Below, piece after piece: positions 1 through 11,942 of a stretch of DNA of 64,000 bases (position 1 is its first letter; each line of letters opens with the position of its first letter). A program made the translations under genes and the position numbers. Source of the stretch: Acidobacteriota bacterium (lineage in GTDB: Bacteria; Acidobacteriota; Aminicenantia; Aminicenantales; Saccharicenantaceae); contig JBDKSB010000010.1 of assembly GCA_039683095.1 (NCBI GenBank), positions 14,709-78,708 on the forward strand, in the 5' to 3' direction. A model generated the notes under the pieces. That model was not told the DNA's origin and did no database searches. It worked only from the letters and a program-made list of their open reading frames with translations.

Positions 1-1
1 C

Positions 2-808
2 GACATGCTCGTCTACGCTATGGGGCCCGAGGAATACTTCCTGGTCGTCAACGCGGCCAACGACGACAAGGACTTCGCCTGGATCGCCGGGCACACCAAG
101 GGCTTCGACGTCAAGGTCGAGCACCAGAGCGACGCTTATTCCCAGCTGGCCCTTCAGGGCCCGCTGGCCGAGGCCATCCTGCAGCCGCTGACGGACATCG
201 ACCTGGCCTCGATGAAATCCTTCCATTGGGCCAAGGGCCGGGTCGCCGGCAAGGCCTGCCTCGTCTCCCGGACGGGCTACACGGGGGAGGACGGATTCGA
301 GATCTACACGACCGACCCCGAGCCGCAGGTCATCTGGACCAGGCTCGTCGAAACCGGCACGCCCCGCGGCCTGCTGCCCATCGGCCTGGGCGCCCGGGAC
401 ACGCTCCGGCTCGAGGCCAAGCTCATGCTCTACGGCAACGACATCTCGGACAAGACGACCGTGCTCGAGGCCGACCTCAAGTGGATCGTCAAGCTGCAGA
501 AGGGCGACTTCCTGGGCAAGCCCGTCATCGAGAAGCAGCTGGCCGAGGGCCTGAAGCGCAAGCTCGTCGGCTTCGAGATGGCCGAGCCGGGCATCGCCCG
601 GCCCCACTACCCGGTGTACTACAAGGGCCAGCGGGTCGGCGACGTCGCCTCGGGCACGTTCTCGCCGCTCCTGAAGAAGGCCATCGGCCTGGTCTACCTG
701 CCCATCGACGGCACGGCCGCCGGCGCCGAGTTCGAGGTCGAGATCCGCGGCAAGCGGACCAAGGCCCGCGTCATCACCACGCCCTTCTACAAGAGGGCCA
801 AGAAATAA
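2..808 (+). CDS. gcvT: Glycine cleavage system T protein (aminomethyltransferase), 5' end outside window
   Basis: The reading frame is open from the window edge. The translation (GYTGEDGFEIY, GLGARDTLRLEAKL, SGTFSPLLKKAIGL) matches the C-terminal two thirds of T-protein. gcvH and gcvP follow directly. Confidence 0.9.
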   Translation, partial: DMLVYAMGPEEYFLVVNAANDDKDFAWIAGHTKGFDVKVEHQSDAYSQLALQGPLAEAILQPLTDIDLASMKSFHWAKGRVAGKACLVSRTGYTGEDGFEIYTTDPEPQVIWTRLVETGTPRGLLPIGLGARDTLRLEAKLMLYGNDISDKTTVLEADLKWIVKLQKGDFLGKPVIEKQLAEGLKRKLVGFEMAEPGIARPHYPVYYKGQRVGDVASGTFSPLLKKAIGLVYLPIDGTAAGAEFEVEIRGKRTKARVITTPFYKRAKK

Positions 809-833
809 CGATCCGGTCACCAAGGAGGCATCC

Positions 834-1220
834 ATGTACCCGAACGATTTTCGCTACACCAAAGAGCACGAATGGATCAAGGTCGAGGGCGACGAGGCCC
901 TGGTCGGCATCACCGACTTCGCCCAGCACCAGCTCGGCGACATCATCTATGTCGAGCTGCCGGCCGTCGGCAAGGAGCTGGCCCCCCGGCAGTCCATCGG
1001 CGTCGTCGAGTCCGTCAAGTCGGTCTCGGACGTCTACGCGCCCGTCCCCGGCGTGGTCACGGCCGTCAACGAGGCCCTCGGCCAGGCGGCCGACCTTCTC
1101 AACAAGGACCCCCACGGCCAGGGCTGGATCGTCCGCATCAGGATCAAGGACAAGAAGGACCTCGAGGGCCTGATGACGGCCGGCGACTACGAGAAGTTCC
1201 TGGAGGGTCTCGAGCACTGA
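834..1220 (+). CDS. gcvH: Glycine cleavage system H protein
   Basis: 128 aa with the lipoyl-lysine motif VESVKSVSDVYAP. An AAGGAGG Shine-Dalgarno (822-828) lies 5 nt upstream of the ATG. Confidence 0.95.
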   Translation: MYPNDFRYTKEHEWIKVEGDEALVGITDFAQHQLGDIIYVELPAVGKELAPRQSIGVVESVKSVSDVYAPVPGVVTAVNEALGQAADLLNKDPHGQGWIVRIRIKDKKDLEGLMTAGDYEKFLEGLEH

Positions 1221-1251
1221 GGCCGCCCGGCCTGACAAAGGGGTTTTTCCC

Positions 1252-2598
1252 ATGAGCTATCTCTCTCTCAGCGACAAGGACAAGGCGGAGATGCTGGCCC
1301 GGACGGGCGCCGGTTCGATCGACGACCTGTTCGGCTGCATCCCCGAAGCCGTCCGCCTCAAGCGGCCGCTCGACCTGCCCCCGGGGGAATCCGAGCTCGA
1401 GCTGGTCCGGACGATCGAGGCCCTGGGCCGGAAGAACGCCGGCGCCGGGCGCCTCTCGTTCCTCGGCGGCGGGGCCTACGACCACTTCATCCCGACGGTC
1501 GTCGATTACCTCAGCTCCCGGGGCGAATTCATCAGCCCCTACACGCCCTACCAGCCCGAGGTCAGCCAGGGCACGCTCCAGGCCATTTTCGAGTTCCAGA
1601 CCCTCGTCTGCCAGCTCACCGGCCTGGACATCGCCAACGACTCGCTCTATGACGGCTCCACCGGCGCGGCCGAGGCCGTCCTGATGGCCCAGCGGGTCAC
1701 GGGACGGAACAAGGTCGTCGTGGCCGGCTCGGTCCACCCGCAGTACCGCGACGTCATCCGGACCTATATCAGGAACCTCGGCATCGAGGCGGTGGAAGTC
1801 GGTCCCGGGCCCGACGGGCGCGTCGACAGGCAGGCCCTGGCCGGGCTCCTCGACGACAGGACGGCCGCGGTCGTCTGCCAGTCGCCCAATTTCTTCGGCG
1901 TCATCGAGGACCTCAAGGCCTTGTCCGAGGCCGCCCACGCCGTTAAGGCGCTGTCCGTGGCCGTCGTCGCCGAGGCCCTGTCGCTGGGCCTGCTCGAGGC
2001 CCCGGGGAAGCTGGGGGCAGATATCGTCACCGGCGAGGCCCAGTCGTTCGGCCTGCCCGTGAGCTTCGGCGGTCCCTACCTCGGCTTCATGGCCTGCCGC
2101 AAGGACTTCCTCCGCCAGATGCCCGGCCGGATCACCGGCCAGACGGTCGACAAGGAGGGCCGGCGCGGCTTCGTCCTGACCCTCTCGACCCGCGAGCAGC
2201 ACATCCGCCGCGAGCGGGCCACCTCGAACATCTGCAGCAACGAGGCCCTCTGCGCCCTCCGGGCGACCATCTTCCTCGAGACCCTGGGCAAGCAGGGCCT
2301 CCGGGAGATGGCCTGGCAGAACGCCCAGAAGGCGGCCTACGCGGCCGACCGGCTGACCGCCGTCAAGGGCGTGAAGAGGAGGTTCACCGGGCCCGTTTTC
2401 AACGAGTTCGTCATCGAGCTGGCCAAGCCCTGGGCCGCGGTCGACGCCGGTCTCCGGGAGAAGGGGATCGTCGGCGGCTTCGGCCTCGAGGCCGCCTATC
2501 CCGGCCTCGGGAGCGCGGCCCTCGTCTGCGTCACCGAGCTCAGGACAAAGGACGAGATCGACCGGCTGGCCCGGACGATCCAGGAGGTCCTGTCATGA
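1252..2598 (+). CDS. gcvPA: Glycine dehydrogenase (decarboxylating) subunit 1
   Basis: 448 aa, typical N-terminal subunit of a split P-protein (YTPYQPEVSQGTLQAIFEFQT). Its stop overlaps the gcvPB start (ATGA at 2595-2598). Confidence 0.93.
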   Translation: MSYLSLSDKDKAEMLARTGAGSIDDLFGCIPEAVRLKRPLDLPPGESELELVRTIEALGRKNAGAGRLSFLGGGAYDHFIPTVVDYLSSRGEFISPYTPYQPEVSQGTLQAIFEFQTLVCQLTGLDIANDSLYDGSTGAAEAVLMAQRVTGRNKVVVAGSVHPQYRDVIRTYIRNLGIEAVEVGPGPDGRVDRQALAGLLDDRTAAVVCQSPNFFGVIEDLKALSEAAHAVKALSVAVVAEALSLGLLEAPGKLGADIVTGEAQSFGLPVSFGGPYLGFMACRKDFLRQMPGRITGQTVDKEGRRGFVLTLSTREQHIRRERATSNICSNEALCALRATIFLETLGKQGLREMAWQNAQKAAYAADRLTAVKGVKRRFTGPVFNEFVIELAKPWAAVDAGLREKGIVGGFGLEAAYPGLGSAALVCVTELRTKDEIDRLARTIQEVLS

Positions 2599-4051
2599 TC
2601 AAGGAGATCCGCGAACCGCTCGTGTTCGAGATCAGCGCGGCCGGCAAGCGGGCCGCCGAGCTGCCCGCCCTGGACGTCCCGGAGAAGAAGGACCTTCTCG
2701 CCGGGGTGCCGGTGCGGCAGGAGATCGAAGGCTTCCCCGAGGTCTCCGAGACCGAGATCACCCGCCACTTCACCCGCCTGTCCCAGAAGAACTACTGTGT
2801 CGACATGGGCATCTATCCGCTCGGCTCGTGCACGATGAAGTACAATCCCAAGGTCAACGAGCGGCTCTGCGCCCTTCCGGCCTTTGCCGGCTCGCACCCG
2901 CTGGCGCCCGCCGACCTCGTCCAGGGGAACCTCGAGCTCATCAAGAAGCTCGAGGCCTGCCTCTGCGAGATCGCCGGCATGGACGCCTTCACCCTCTTCC
3001 CGGCGGCCGGGGCCCACGGCGAGCTGACGGGCATGATGCTTGTCCGGGCCGCCCTCACGGCCCGCGGCGATGCCCGCAAGTACGTCCTCATCCCGGACTC
3101 GGCCCACGGCACCAACCCGTCGTCGGCCCACATCTGCGGTTACATGGTCAAGGAGATCAAGTCCAACGAGCGCGGCACGATCGACCTGGCCTCGCTGGCC
3201 CAGGAGATGACCGGCGAAGTGGCCGCCCTGATGGTGACCAATCCCAACACCCTGGGCGTTTTCGAATCCGACATCTGCAAGATCGCCGAGATCGTCCATG
3301 CCAAGGGCGGCCTCCTCTACATGGATGGGGCCAACATGAACGCCCTGACCGGGATCGTCCGCCCCGGGGACATGGGCGTCGACGTCATGCACATCAACCT
3401 CCACAAGACGTTCTCGACGCCGCACGGCGGCGGCGGGCCGGGCGCCGGGCCGGTCGGGGTCAAGAAGGAGCTCGTGCCGTTCCTGCCCCTGCCGATCGTC
3501 ACGGAGAAGGACGGGCGCTACGCCCTCGACTGCGACCGGCCCCTCTCGATCGGCCGCATCCGGGCCTATTTCGGCAATTTCGCCGTCCTCGTCCGGGCCC
3601 TCTGCTATATCCTGTCGCTCGGGCCCAAAGGCGTCCGGGAGATCGCCGAGTTCGCCGTGCTCAACGCCAACTACATCCGCAGCAGCCTGGAAGGGGAGTA
3701 CGACCTCAAGTATAAGACCGCGTCCATGCACGAGTGCGTCTTCTCCGACAAGCTCCAGAAGGAATACGGCGTCACCAACCTGGACATCGCCAAGCGGCTC
3801 ATCGACTACGGGCTGCACCCGCCGACGATGTCCTTTCCGCTAATCGTTCACGGCGCCCTGATGATCGAGCCGACCGAGACCGAGAGCCGGCGCGACCTCG
3901 ACATCTTCATCGAGGCGATGCAGGCCATCGCCAGAGAGGCCAAGGACGATCCGCAGGCCCTCCACGACGCGCCCCACGTCACCTACGTCCGCCGGCTGGA
4001 CGAGGTGGCGGCGGCCAAGTTCCCGGTCCTGCGCTGGGAGAAGAAGGCTTA

Positions 4052-4052
<1 letters not shown>
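2595..4052 (+). CDS. gcvPB: Glycine dehydrogenase (decarboxylating) subunit 2
   Basis: 485 aa with the PLP-lysine region [21 protein letters not shown]. Its TAA stop shares one base with the glyQ ATG (TAATG). Confidence 0.93.
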
Positions 4053-4899
<847 letters not shown>

Positions 4900-4900
<1 letters not shown>

Positions 4901-6993
4901 TGGAATTCCTTCTCGAGCTGCTGACCGAGGAGCTGCCGGCCTCCCACATCCGCGCGGCCCTCGAACAGGTCGAAGCCGGGTTCCGCAAAGAGCTCGCGGA
5001 CGCCCGCATCGACGTCCATTCGCTCCGGACGCTGGCCACGCCGCGCCGCCTGATCGTCGCCGCCGACCTGGCGGAAGGCCAGGAGGACCGCGAAGAGCTC
5101 GTCACCGGGCCGCCCCTGGCCATCGCCAAGGGGCCGGACGGGGCCCTGACGCCCGCCGGCAAGGGCTTCGCCCGTTCCCAGGGCGTCGACGAGAGCCTGC
5201 TCGAGGCCGTCCGGACGCCCAAGGGCGAATACCTCGGCTTCAAGCGCCGGGCCAAGGGCACGCCCACGGCCGAGATCCTGGCCGCGGCCGTGCCCCGGGT
5301 GCTCGGGTCGCTGACCTTCCCGAAGATGATGCGCTGGGCCGAGAGCCCGTTCCGCTTCTCCCGGCCGATCCACGGCCTGCTCTGCGTCTTCGGCGGCGCG
5401 CCGCTGGCCACGTCGTTCGACGGCTTCCCGGCCACGGACGAGACCGTCGGCCACCGCATAGCCGCGCCCGGCCGGATCAAGGCCGCTGACTTCGCGTCCT
5501 ACCGCGAGGCGCTGGCCCGGAGCTTCGTCATCGTCGACCCGGACGAGCGGCGCAAGATGATCATCGACCAGATGGAGGCCGCCCTGGCCCCGATCAAGGC
5601 CAAGGTTTACCCGGACCCCGGGCTCCTCGACGACCTGACCCTCAACGTCGAGTGCCCCCTGGTCATCTTCGGGTCTTTCCCGGAGAGCTTTCTCAGCCTG
5701 CCCCTCGAGGTCCTGTCCACGGCCATGCGCGAGGGCCAGAAGCTGTTCTCGGTCGTCCGCGACAAGAAGCAGCTCCCGAACTTCCTGGGCCTGGCCGACG
5801 CCCCGGCCGACGCCAAGGGGCTCATCCGCCGGGGCAACGAGCGGGTCCTGCGGGCCCGCCTGGAGGACGCCCGCTTCTTCTGGGACCAGGACCGCAAGGT
5901 CCCGTTGGCCGACCGGGCCGAAGGGCTCAAGAACGTCCTCTTCCAGGAGAAGCTCGGCACCTACGAGGACAAGACCCAGCGCCTGAAGAAGATCGCCGGC
6001 TACCTCTGCGACCGGCTCGGCGCCGCCGACGAGCGCGAGGCCGCCGTCGAGGCCGCCTCGCTCTGCAAGGCCGACTTGCTGACCGAGATGGTCAAGGAGT
6101 TCTCCGGGCTTCAGGGCCGCATGGGCGGGCTTTACGCCAAGGCCGAGGGCCTGCCGGCCGAGGTCGGCCAGGCCATCTACGAGCATTACCAGCCTGTCAG
6201 CCTGGAGGACGCCTCGCCGGCCACGACGGCCGGAGCCCTGCTTTCGATAGCCGACAAGATGGACTCGATCGTCGGGAGCATCGGCGTCGGCCTCCAGGTC
6301 AGCGGCTCGAGCGATCCGTTCGGCCTGCGCCGCAACGCCCAGGGCGTCTGCAAGGTCGTCCTCGACCGCAAGCTCCGCTTCTCGTTCCCGCTCCTCGTCG
6401 ACCGCGTCCTGGCCGTCTACGGGGACCGCCTGACCCTGGCCCGGGCTGAGATCAAGGCGGCCACCCTGGACTTCTTCGCCGGGCGCCTGCGCTTCATCCT
6501 GGAGAAGAAAGGCTGCCGCTACGACCTCGTCAATGCCGCCCTTGGCCCCGGCGTCGACCAGATCCTCGACGTTCAGGCCCGGGTCGAGGCCCTGGATGCC
6601 TTGAAATCAAGCCCCCAGTTCGAGCCCTTCATCCTGATGGTCAAGCGCATCAACAACATCATCAAGGGCCTGCCGGCGGCCAAGGTCAATCCCGACCTTT
6701 TCGTCGAGAAGGAGGAGCGCGAGCTGGCCTCGACGCTGTCGATCGTCGGCAGCAACGCCCTGCCCATGATCGCCCGGGGGGACTTCGCCCGGGCCCAGGG
6801 CATCATCTTCAGGCTCCAGCCCGTGCTCAACACCTTTTTCGACAAGGTCCTGGTGATGGCCGAGGACAAGAAGACCCGGCAGAACCGGCTGGGGCTGCTC
6901 CAGTCGATCTCGAAGATGCTGCTGGGGATCGCGGACTATTCGCAGGTCGTCGTCGAAGGGGAGAAGGCGGCCAGGCCGAAGGGCTCGCGGTAG
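4900..6993 (+). CDS. glyS: Glycine--tRNA ligase beta subunit
   Basis: 697 aa with a typical GlyS N-terminus (MEFLLELLTEELPASHI). Its ATG overlaps the glyQ TGA by 1 nt (TGATG). Confidence 0.9.
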
Positions 6994-7002
6994 GGGCTTG
7001 GT

Positions 7003-7437
7003 TCAGGCGGCGGGGCCGCCGCCCTCGGACGGGCCGACCGGGTTCTCGGGCTCCACGAACTTCGTTTCCAGCGCCACGATCCTGGTCAGGATCTGGGGCG
7101 CGTTCTGGCGCTTCTCGAGCCCGTAGGGCTCGAACTGGACGCCGACCTGATACTTGTAGCTCTTGCCCGTGTTGAAGGTCGACCAGCGCACCCGCCCGTT
7201 GAGATCGAGGGGCGCCCGCTCGCCGGGCACCGTCAGCTGGAGCCGGATGCGCGACTTGAACTTCAGGGGTTTCTGGGTCAGGAAACGGACGCCGCCGCGG
7301 CTGATGTCCAGGACCGGGCAGAACTCCTCGTCGGTCCCGGCCTTGGAGGAGAACAGGCGCACGACCCGGTAGGAGACGGTCGCGCCGTTGATCCTGAACC
7401 TCTGGCAGAGCCGCTTTTCCACTTCCTTGTTGCCCAT
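7003..7437 (-). CDS. PilZ domain protein
   Basis: 144 aa carrying both c-di-GMP-binding PilZ motifs: RLCQR (RxxxR) and DISRGG (DxSxxG). It is convergent with glyS, with stops 9 nt apart. Confidence 0.75.
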   Translation of the reverse strand: MGNKEVEKRLCQRFRINGATVSYRVVRLFSSKAGTDEEFCPVLDISRGGVRFLTQKPLKFKSRIRLQLTVPGERAPLDLNGRVRWSTFNTGKSYKYQVGVQFEPYGLEKRQNAPQILTRIVALETKFVEPENPVGPSEGGGPAA

Positions 7438-7552
7438 GGAGGTCCTCCGTTCTCTCAGGCCGAGGTCGCGGGCCTGGCTCGCGAAGCTCCTCCGGGAAGC
7501 CCCGCCTCACGCAGAGATATACCAAAGGCCGCGGGCCGAAGTCAAATCCGGA

Positions 7553-8632
7553 TCATTCTTCCTTGAGGATGACGGCCCGGGACGGGGGCAGGGTGATAGA
7601 GGCCCGGGCCGAGACCGATTGGTCGGCGGACGTCGTCCGGGAATAGGCGAAGGACAGGCTGCTGACCTTCTGATAAGAAGGCGGAACTGGTTTGGGCGGC
7701 TTCTTGGCCACCAGGTCCTTGATGGATTTGTAGGCCAGGGCCAGGGCATCGAGGATGTTGACGCCGCTCATCATCGGGTCGTTCTTGGCGGGCGGCATGT
7801 AGGGCTTCTGGCCCGGCAGCAGCGGGCCGCCGAGAGGGAAGGTGAACGGCGTCGCCCGGGCGGCTATCTTCCGGCTCTTCAGGACGAGCTTGCCGTCGAC
7901 GTAGAGCGAGATCTCGCCTTCCCGGATGGGCCTGAGCGGGACGCTGCTCGGGGCGGCCAGGAAGTCGTCCCGGCGGATGGGCGCCGGGGCCGGACCCACG
8001 TCGGCGATCTCGACGCGCACCCGGATCGGCCGCCGGCAGATGATGTCCCCGGCCTTGAGATCCAGGATGAACTCGTAGGTGTCCGAACGGTCGAACAGGC
8101 CCCGGAGAGGGATGGTCAGGATGTGGAAGCCTTTCGGCCACGATCCCCCTTCGAGGACATAGGGCCCGAGCGAGATCCGGTAGAGGGCCTGGTTCAGCAG
8201 CTCGAGGCCGATGTCGACCGAGGCGGGGATGCCCGTCGCCGGCGTCCTCGAATAGGACAGGAGGTTGATGTCGTGGACGAGGGGATAGGTCCGTTTCCAG
8301 GAGGCCCAGAAGCCGAGGAGCTCCCGCAGCGGGCCGACGTCGAGGAAAGCGTAGTCGGGGTCGTTGTCCTGATAGGTCTCGAAGTAATCCGCCGCGAGGT
8401 CCCGCTCGGCCTGCTTGTCGCCGCACCTGGCGGCGAGATAGGGCAGGATGAACGCGGCCGTCCGCCTGTCCTCGGCTTCGAGCTTCTTGGCTTCAGCGGC
8501 CAGGAAGAGCCAGGCTCCCCGATAGTCCCGGTCCGGGCTGAGACGGGCGTTCAGCTCCGACTTCCAATCGGCCCGCAGAACGGCCGCCGCCGCCAGGACG
8601 AGGACCAGGGCCGTCGCGATGCGCTTAGTCAT
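7553..8632 (-). CDS. Hypothetical secreted protein
   Basis: 359 aa with signal peptide MTKRIATALVLVLAAAAVLRA. Its start overlaps the stop of the upstream TonB-like gene by 8 nt. No family recognised. Confidence 0.6.
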   Translation of the reverse strand: MTKRIATALVLVLAAAAVLRADWKSELNARLSPDRDYRGAWLFLAAEAKKLEAEDRRTAAFILPYLAARCGDKQAERDLAADYFETYQDNDPDYAFLDVGPLRELLGFWASWKRTYPLVHDINLLSYSRTPATGIPASVDIGLELLNQALYRISLGPYVLEGGSWPKGFHILTIPLRGLFDRSDTYEFILDLKAGDIICRRPIRVRVEIADVGPAPAPIRRDDFLAAPSSVPLRPIREGEISLYVDGKLVLKSRKIAARATPFTFPLGGPLLPGQKPYMPPAKNDPMMSGVNILDALALAYKSIKDLVAKKPPKPVPPSYQKVSSLSFAYSRTTSADQSVSARASITLPPSRAVILKEE

Positions 8633-9608
8633 TGTAGACGAACTCGAAGGTGATCTCGAGGAGGTCGCCGGGGAAATCGGCGGGCAGGGCCGGGAAGGGC
8701 AGCGAGGCGCGGAGAGCGTCCAGGGCGGCCCGGTCGAGGGCCTCGATGCTGGTGCCTTCGACGATCTCGATCGAATCGAGCGCGCCCGTTTTCTTGATGA
8801 CCACGATCATGCCGATCTTGGCGCCGACGGGCACCTCGGGCACGGCCGGCAGCATCCAGTTGATCTGAAGCCGGTCGATGACCTTGGTCGCCCAGGGCAG
8901 CAGATCGTAGCCCTTGAGCGGGATGGAGATCCCGACGCGCTGGCCCCCTCCTCCTGCGCCGACCCCGCCGCCTCCACGGCCGCCGCGGCCGCGGCCGTAG
9001 CCGCTCGCCCCGCCGTAGGCGCTGCGGTCGAACCTGGAGAAATCCGGAAGGGGGGCGCCGCCCGCGACGCCGGGCGGACCCGGCGGGGTCCCCGGAGGGG
9101 CCAGCGGAACGGTCAGGGACGACTTGCCGTGGACCGCCAGGGACTCGCGGAATTTAGAGGACAGGGAGGGAATGGCCGAACCCGCGCCGGGCGGCGGGGC
9201 GAGCCATCCGGGCCCCGGCGCGCCGGGAAGGGATGGTTCTCCGCCCCCGGCCGGTCCGGCGGGCCCGGCTTCACCGCCGGCGGCGGCGGTCTCTTCGTAG
9301 GCCGCGGCGGCCGGCCGGCGCTGGCCCGGGGCTCCGGCCGGCGCCCCGCCCGGAAGATCGGCCAGGCCCCTGCCCCCCACGACTTTGGGGATGGAAACCT
9401 TGAGCGGCGGGACGAGGACGACGCTGCGGACCTCTTCCTGTGGACCGGGAAAGATCTTGACGGTGACCTTTCCATAGTAAACGACCAGGCCCAGAATGGC
9501 GTGGAAGAGCACCGTGACCAGGATGCCGGCGATCCGGTCGCGGCGCGGCGGCTTTCCCGGCCTGGGCGTGGAGAAGGAGTCTTCGAACATATTTATGGGC
9601 CGGACCAT
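8625..9608 (-). CDS. TonB-like energy transducer (C-terminal TonB domain)
   Basis: 327 aa in three parts: an N-terminal membrane anchor (IAGILVTVLFHAILGLVVYY), a long Pro/Gly/Arg-rich spacer, and a C-terminal TonB-type domain (IVVIKKTGALDSIEIVEGTSIEALDRAALDALRASLPFPALP). Confidence 0.75.
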   Translation of the reverse strand: MVRPINMFEDSFSTPRPGKPPRRDRIAGILVTVLFHAILGLVVYYGKVTVKIFPGPQEEVRSVVLVPPLKVSIPKVVGGRGLADLPGGAPAGAPGQRRPAAAAYEETAAAGGEAGPAGPAGGGEPSLPGAPGPGWLAPPPGAGSAIPSLSSKFRESLAVHGKSSLTVPLAPPGTPPGPPGVAGGAPLPDFSRFDRSAYGGASGYGRGRGGRGGGGVGAGGGGQRVGISIPLKGYDLLPWATKVIDRLQINWMLPAVPEVPVGAKIGMIVVIKKTGALDSIEIVEGTSIEALDRAALDALRASLPFPALPADFPGDLLEITFEFVYND

Positions 9609-9770
9609 TATATTACAATCCCGTCCGGCCCCGAAGCGTTACAGCAAGCGCGCGGCCATTTTCGCCGCCGGCGGGAGGAGACGAGCCCGGGACGCCCATC
9701 GCGCCTTCTTCGAACGGGGGAAAACCGGCCGTGCGCCTCCGTCGAACGGCGGGCCAGGAAAAGGTGGAGA

Positions 9771-11942
9771 TCAATGACGGGGCGAAAGAACAAGGAAAAG
9801 GAAGCTGAGTGCGTTGAGGATGGCCAGGCGAAGGATGAGGGCGGGGATGCCGTAGAGAGGGATGATCAGGGCCGAGGCCAGGACGACGCCCGCGAACGAG
9901 GCCAGCAGGTCGATGGCGTAAGCCTGCCCGGGATGGGCCGTTTGCCGAAGGAGCCTTCGGTTGGCGGCGACAAAGAGGTACCCGCCCAGGACGCCGAAGC
10001 CGAAGAGGACGGCGAACGGCACGGCTTCCCCCCCGGTCCCGGCGATGATCCGGAGCGTGAGGAGCAGGAGGATCGCGAACGCGCCCTGGACCGCGGCCAG
10101 CTCGAAGCCCCCCGGCCGCTTGCGGGCCCGGGCCGCGACCGCCCCGAGGACGAGCCCGGCCATGAACAGGGCCAGGAGCAGGGGGACCTTGCCGTAGACG
10201 CAGCCGAAGCGGGCCTGGAAAGCGATGAACACGCCCAGCTCCACGGCCATCGTCGTGAAACCCATGACCCCGACGGGCACCAAGAAGCGCGCCGGCGAGC
10301 GCCTCCGGAAGAGGGCCATGATCGCCAGTCCGAGCCCGAAGAGGGCCAGGGGTGCGTCCAGGATCCAGCCCGGGGAGATCCTGGCCGCGGCCCGCAGGAC
10401 CCGGGCCTCGGCGCCGCCGAACTGGCCGGCCCACAGGATAGAATGGAAGTAATAGCTCACCGGGACCAGGTCGCGGTTGATCCTGGCGCCGGGACCGGAG
10501 ATCTTGGCGGCCAGGTATTCCACGCGGGCCGGGTCGAGGCGGGCCGGAAGCATGCCCGGGCTCAGGTAACGGAGGGCAAGACCCAGCCGTTCGATGGACG
10601 CCGAGAGCCCGGCGGGGTCGAGCGACAGCGGCCCGTCGGAAGCCAGGAAGACGCAATTCTCGCCGGGGACGGCCCGGACATTGGGGAACACGACCTGGAG
10701 GGTCGCCGCGATCGAGCTCAGGAATTCGGCGAGTGACCCGCTGATATAGTTCTCGGCCGAGGGGACGACGAAGCTGAAGATCCCGGCCGGCGAAAGCCTG
10801 ACCCGGACCTGGGCGAAGAACTCCCGGGTGTAATACCGGTTGATCTGGGCCGTGGCCGGCTCGGGCAGGTCGAGGAGGATGGCATCGTAGCGGTCGCGGG
10901 ACCCGGCGATGAAGGCCCGGCCGTCCCGATAGAAGATGCGCACGCGGGGGTCGTCGAGCGCGGCCCGGTCCGGCCCGGTCAGGTACGTTCTGGCCAGCCT
11001 GATGACCGCCGGGTCGAGCTCGACGCAATCGACGCGGACGCCGGGGTGCTTCAGGGCCTCGGCCGCCCCTCCGCTGGCCCCGCCGCCGACGAGCAGGACC
11101 GCGCGGGGCCCGTCGCGCTGCAGCAGGGCGAAGTGGACCGCCTCCTCGGCCGCGCCCACGTCGGGATGGGAGAAAACGGCCAGCCCGTTGTCGAAGAAAG
11201 TGACCTGCTCCCCGGTGCGGATGACCTGCAGCTTGCCGTAGGGCGTGTCCCCGGAAGCGGCCAGCCGGAGAGGGGCCCAGGCCGCTTTCTGGGCCCGGAG
11301 ATCGAACGCGGCCAGGCCGGCGGCCAGGACGAGCGCCAGGGCGAGGAGGGCCCGCCGCCGTCCCGGCTTCATCCCGGAGAGGGCGGCGACGGCCGCGGCC
11401 GCCGAGACTATGGCGGCCCCCTGCCAGTTGGAAAAGCGCGGTATGAGGGCGAAACTGACGACGAGCCCGGCCGTCGCGGCGCCGGCCGATTCGAGGATGT
11501 AGACCGTCGGGACATCCCCGCCGAGGAGGCGGGCGTTGAGCGTGAAGCCGCGCCCCAGCGGGAAGTTCAGGAGCAGTCCCAGCAGGAAGGCGAACCCGAG
11601 CGCGGGGAGCAGGCCCGTCAGCTCGGCCGGCAGGATGCCCATGAGCCTGTGGGAGAACCTCAGGGCGGCCAGGCCGGTAGCGAAGAGGACGATGGCCAGG
11701 CCGTAGAAGCCGGCCAGGCCCGGCCCCGTCGCGGCCCGTTCGCGGCGCGGCCGGATGAGGCTCCCGATCCCGCCCCAGAAGAGCCAGCAGCCGAGGAAGA
11801 GGCCGAAGGTGAGCTCGTTGCCGTAGAACTCGGCGCTGAACTCCCTCAGGAGATAGGCCTGGAAGGCCGTGGCCAGGAAGCCCAGGAGGAAGGGCGGCAG
11901 CCAGGGCTTCAGGCCCAGATCCCCGGGATCGGCGTGCCGCAT
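9771..11942 (-). CDS. Fused polytopic membrane / spermidine synthase-like protein
   Basis: Start taken at the ATG at 11942 (MRHADPGDLGLKPWLPPFLLGF). Several N-terminal TM helices precede a central SpeE-type methyltransferase fold (LLVGGGASGGAAEALKH, ELDPAVIRLAR, YDAILLDLPEP), followed by C-terminal TM helices. The 1032-aa ORF-track version runs out of frame through the neighbouring gene. Confidence 0.75.
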   Translation of the reverse strand: MRHADPGDLGLKPWLPPFLLGFLATAFQAYLLREFSAEFYGNELTFGLFLGCWLFWGGIGSLIRPRRERAATGPGLAGFYGLAIVLFATGLAALRFSHRLMGILPAELTGLLPALGFAFLLGLLLNFPLGRGFTLNARLLGGDVPTVYILESAGAATAGLVVSFALIPRFSNWQGAAIVSAAAAVAALSGMKPGRRRALLALALVLAAGLAAFDLRAQKAAWAPLRLAASGDTPYGKLQVIRTGEQVTFFDNGLAVFSHPDVGAAEEAVHFALLQRDGPRAVLLVGGGASGGAAEALKHPGVRVDCVELDPAVIRLARTYLTGPDRAALDDPRVRIFYRDGRAFIAGSRDRYDAILLDLPEPATAQINRYYTREFFAQVRVRLSPAGIFSFVVPSAENYISGSLAEFLSSIAATLQVVFPNVRAVPGENCVFLASDGPLSLDPAGLSASIERLGLALRYLSPGMLPARLDPARVEYLAAKISGPGARINRDLVPVSYYFHSILWAGQFGGAEARVLRAAARISPGWILDAPLALFGLGLAIMALFRRRSPARFLVPVGVMGFTTMAVELGVFIAFQARFGCVYGKVPLLLALFMAGLVLGAVAARARKRPGGFELAAVQGAFAILLLLTLRIIAGTGGEAVPFAVLFGFGVLGGYLFVAANRRLLRQTAHPGQAYAIDLLASFAGVVLASALIIPLYGIPALILRLAILNALSFLFLVLSPRH

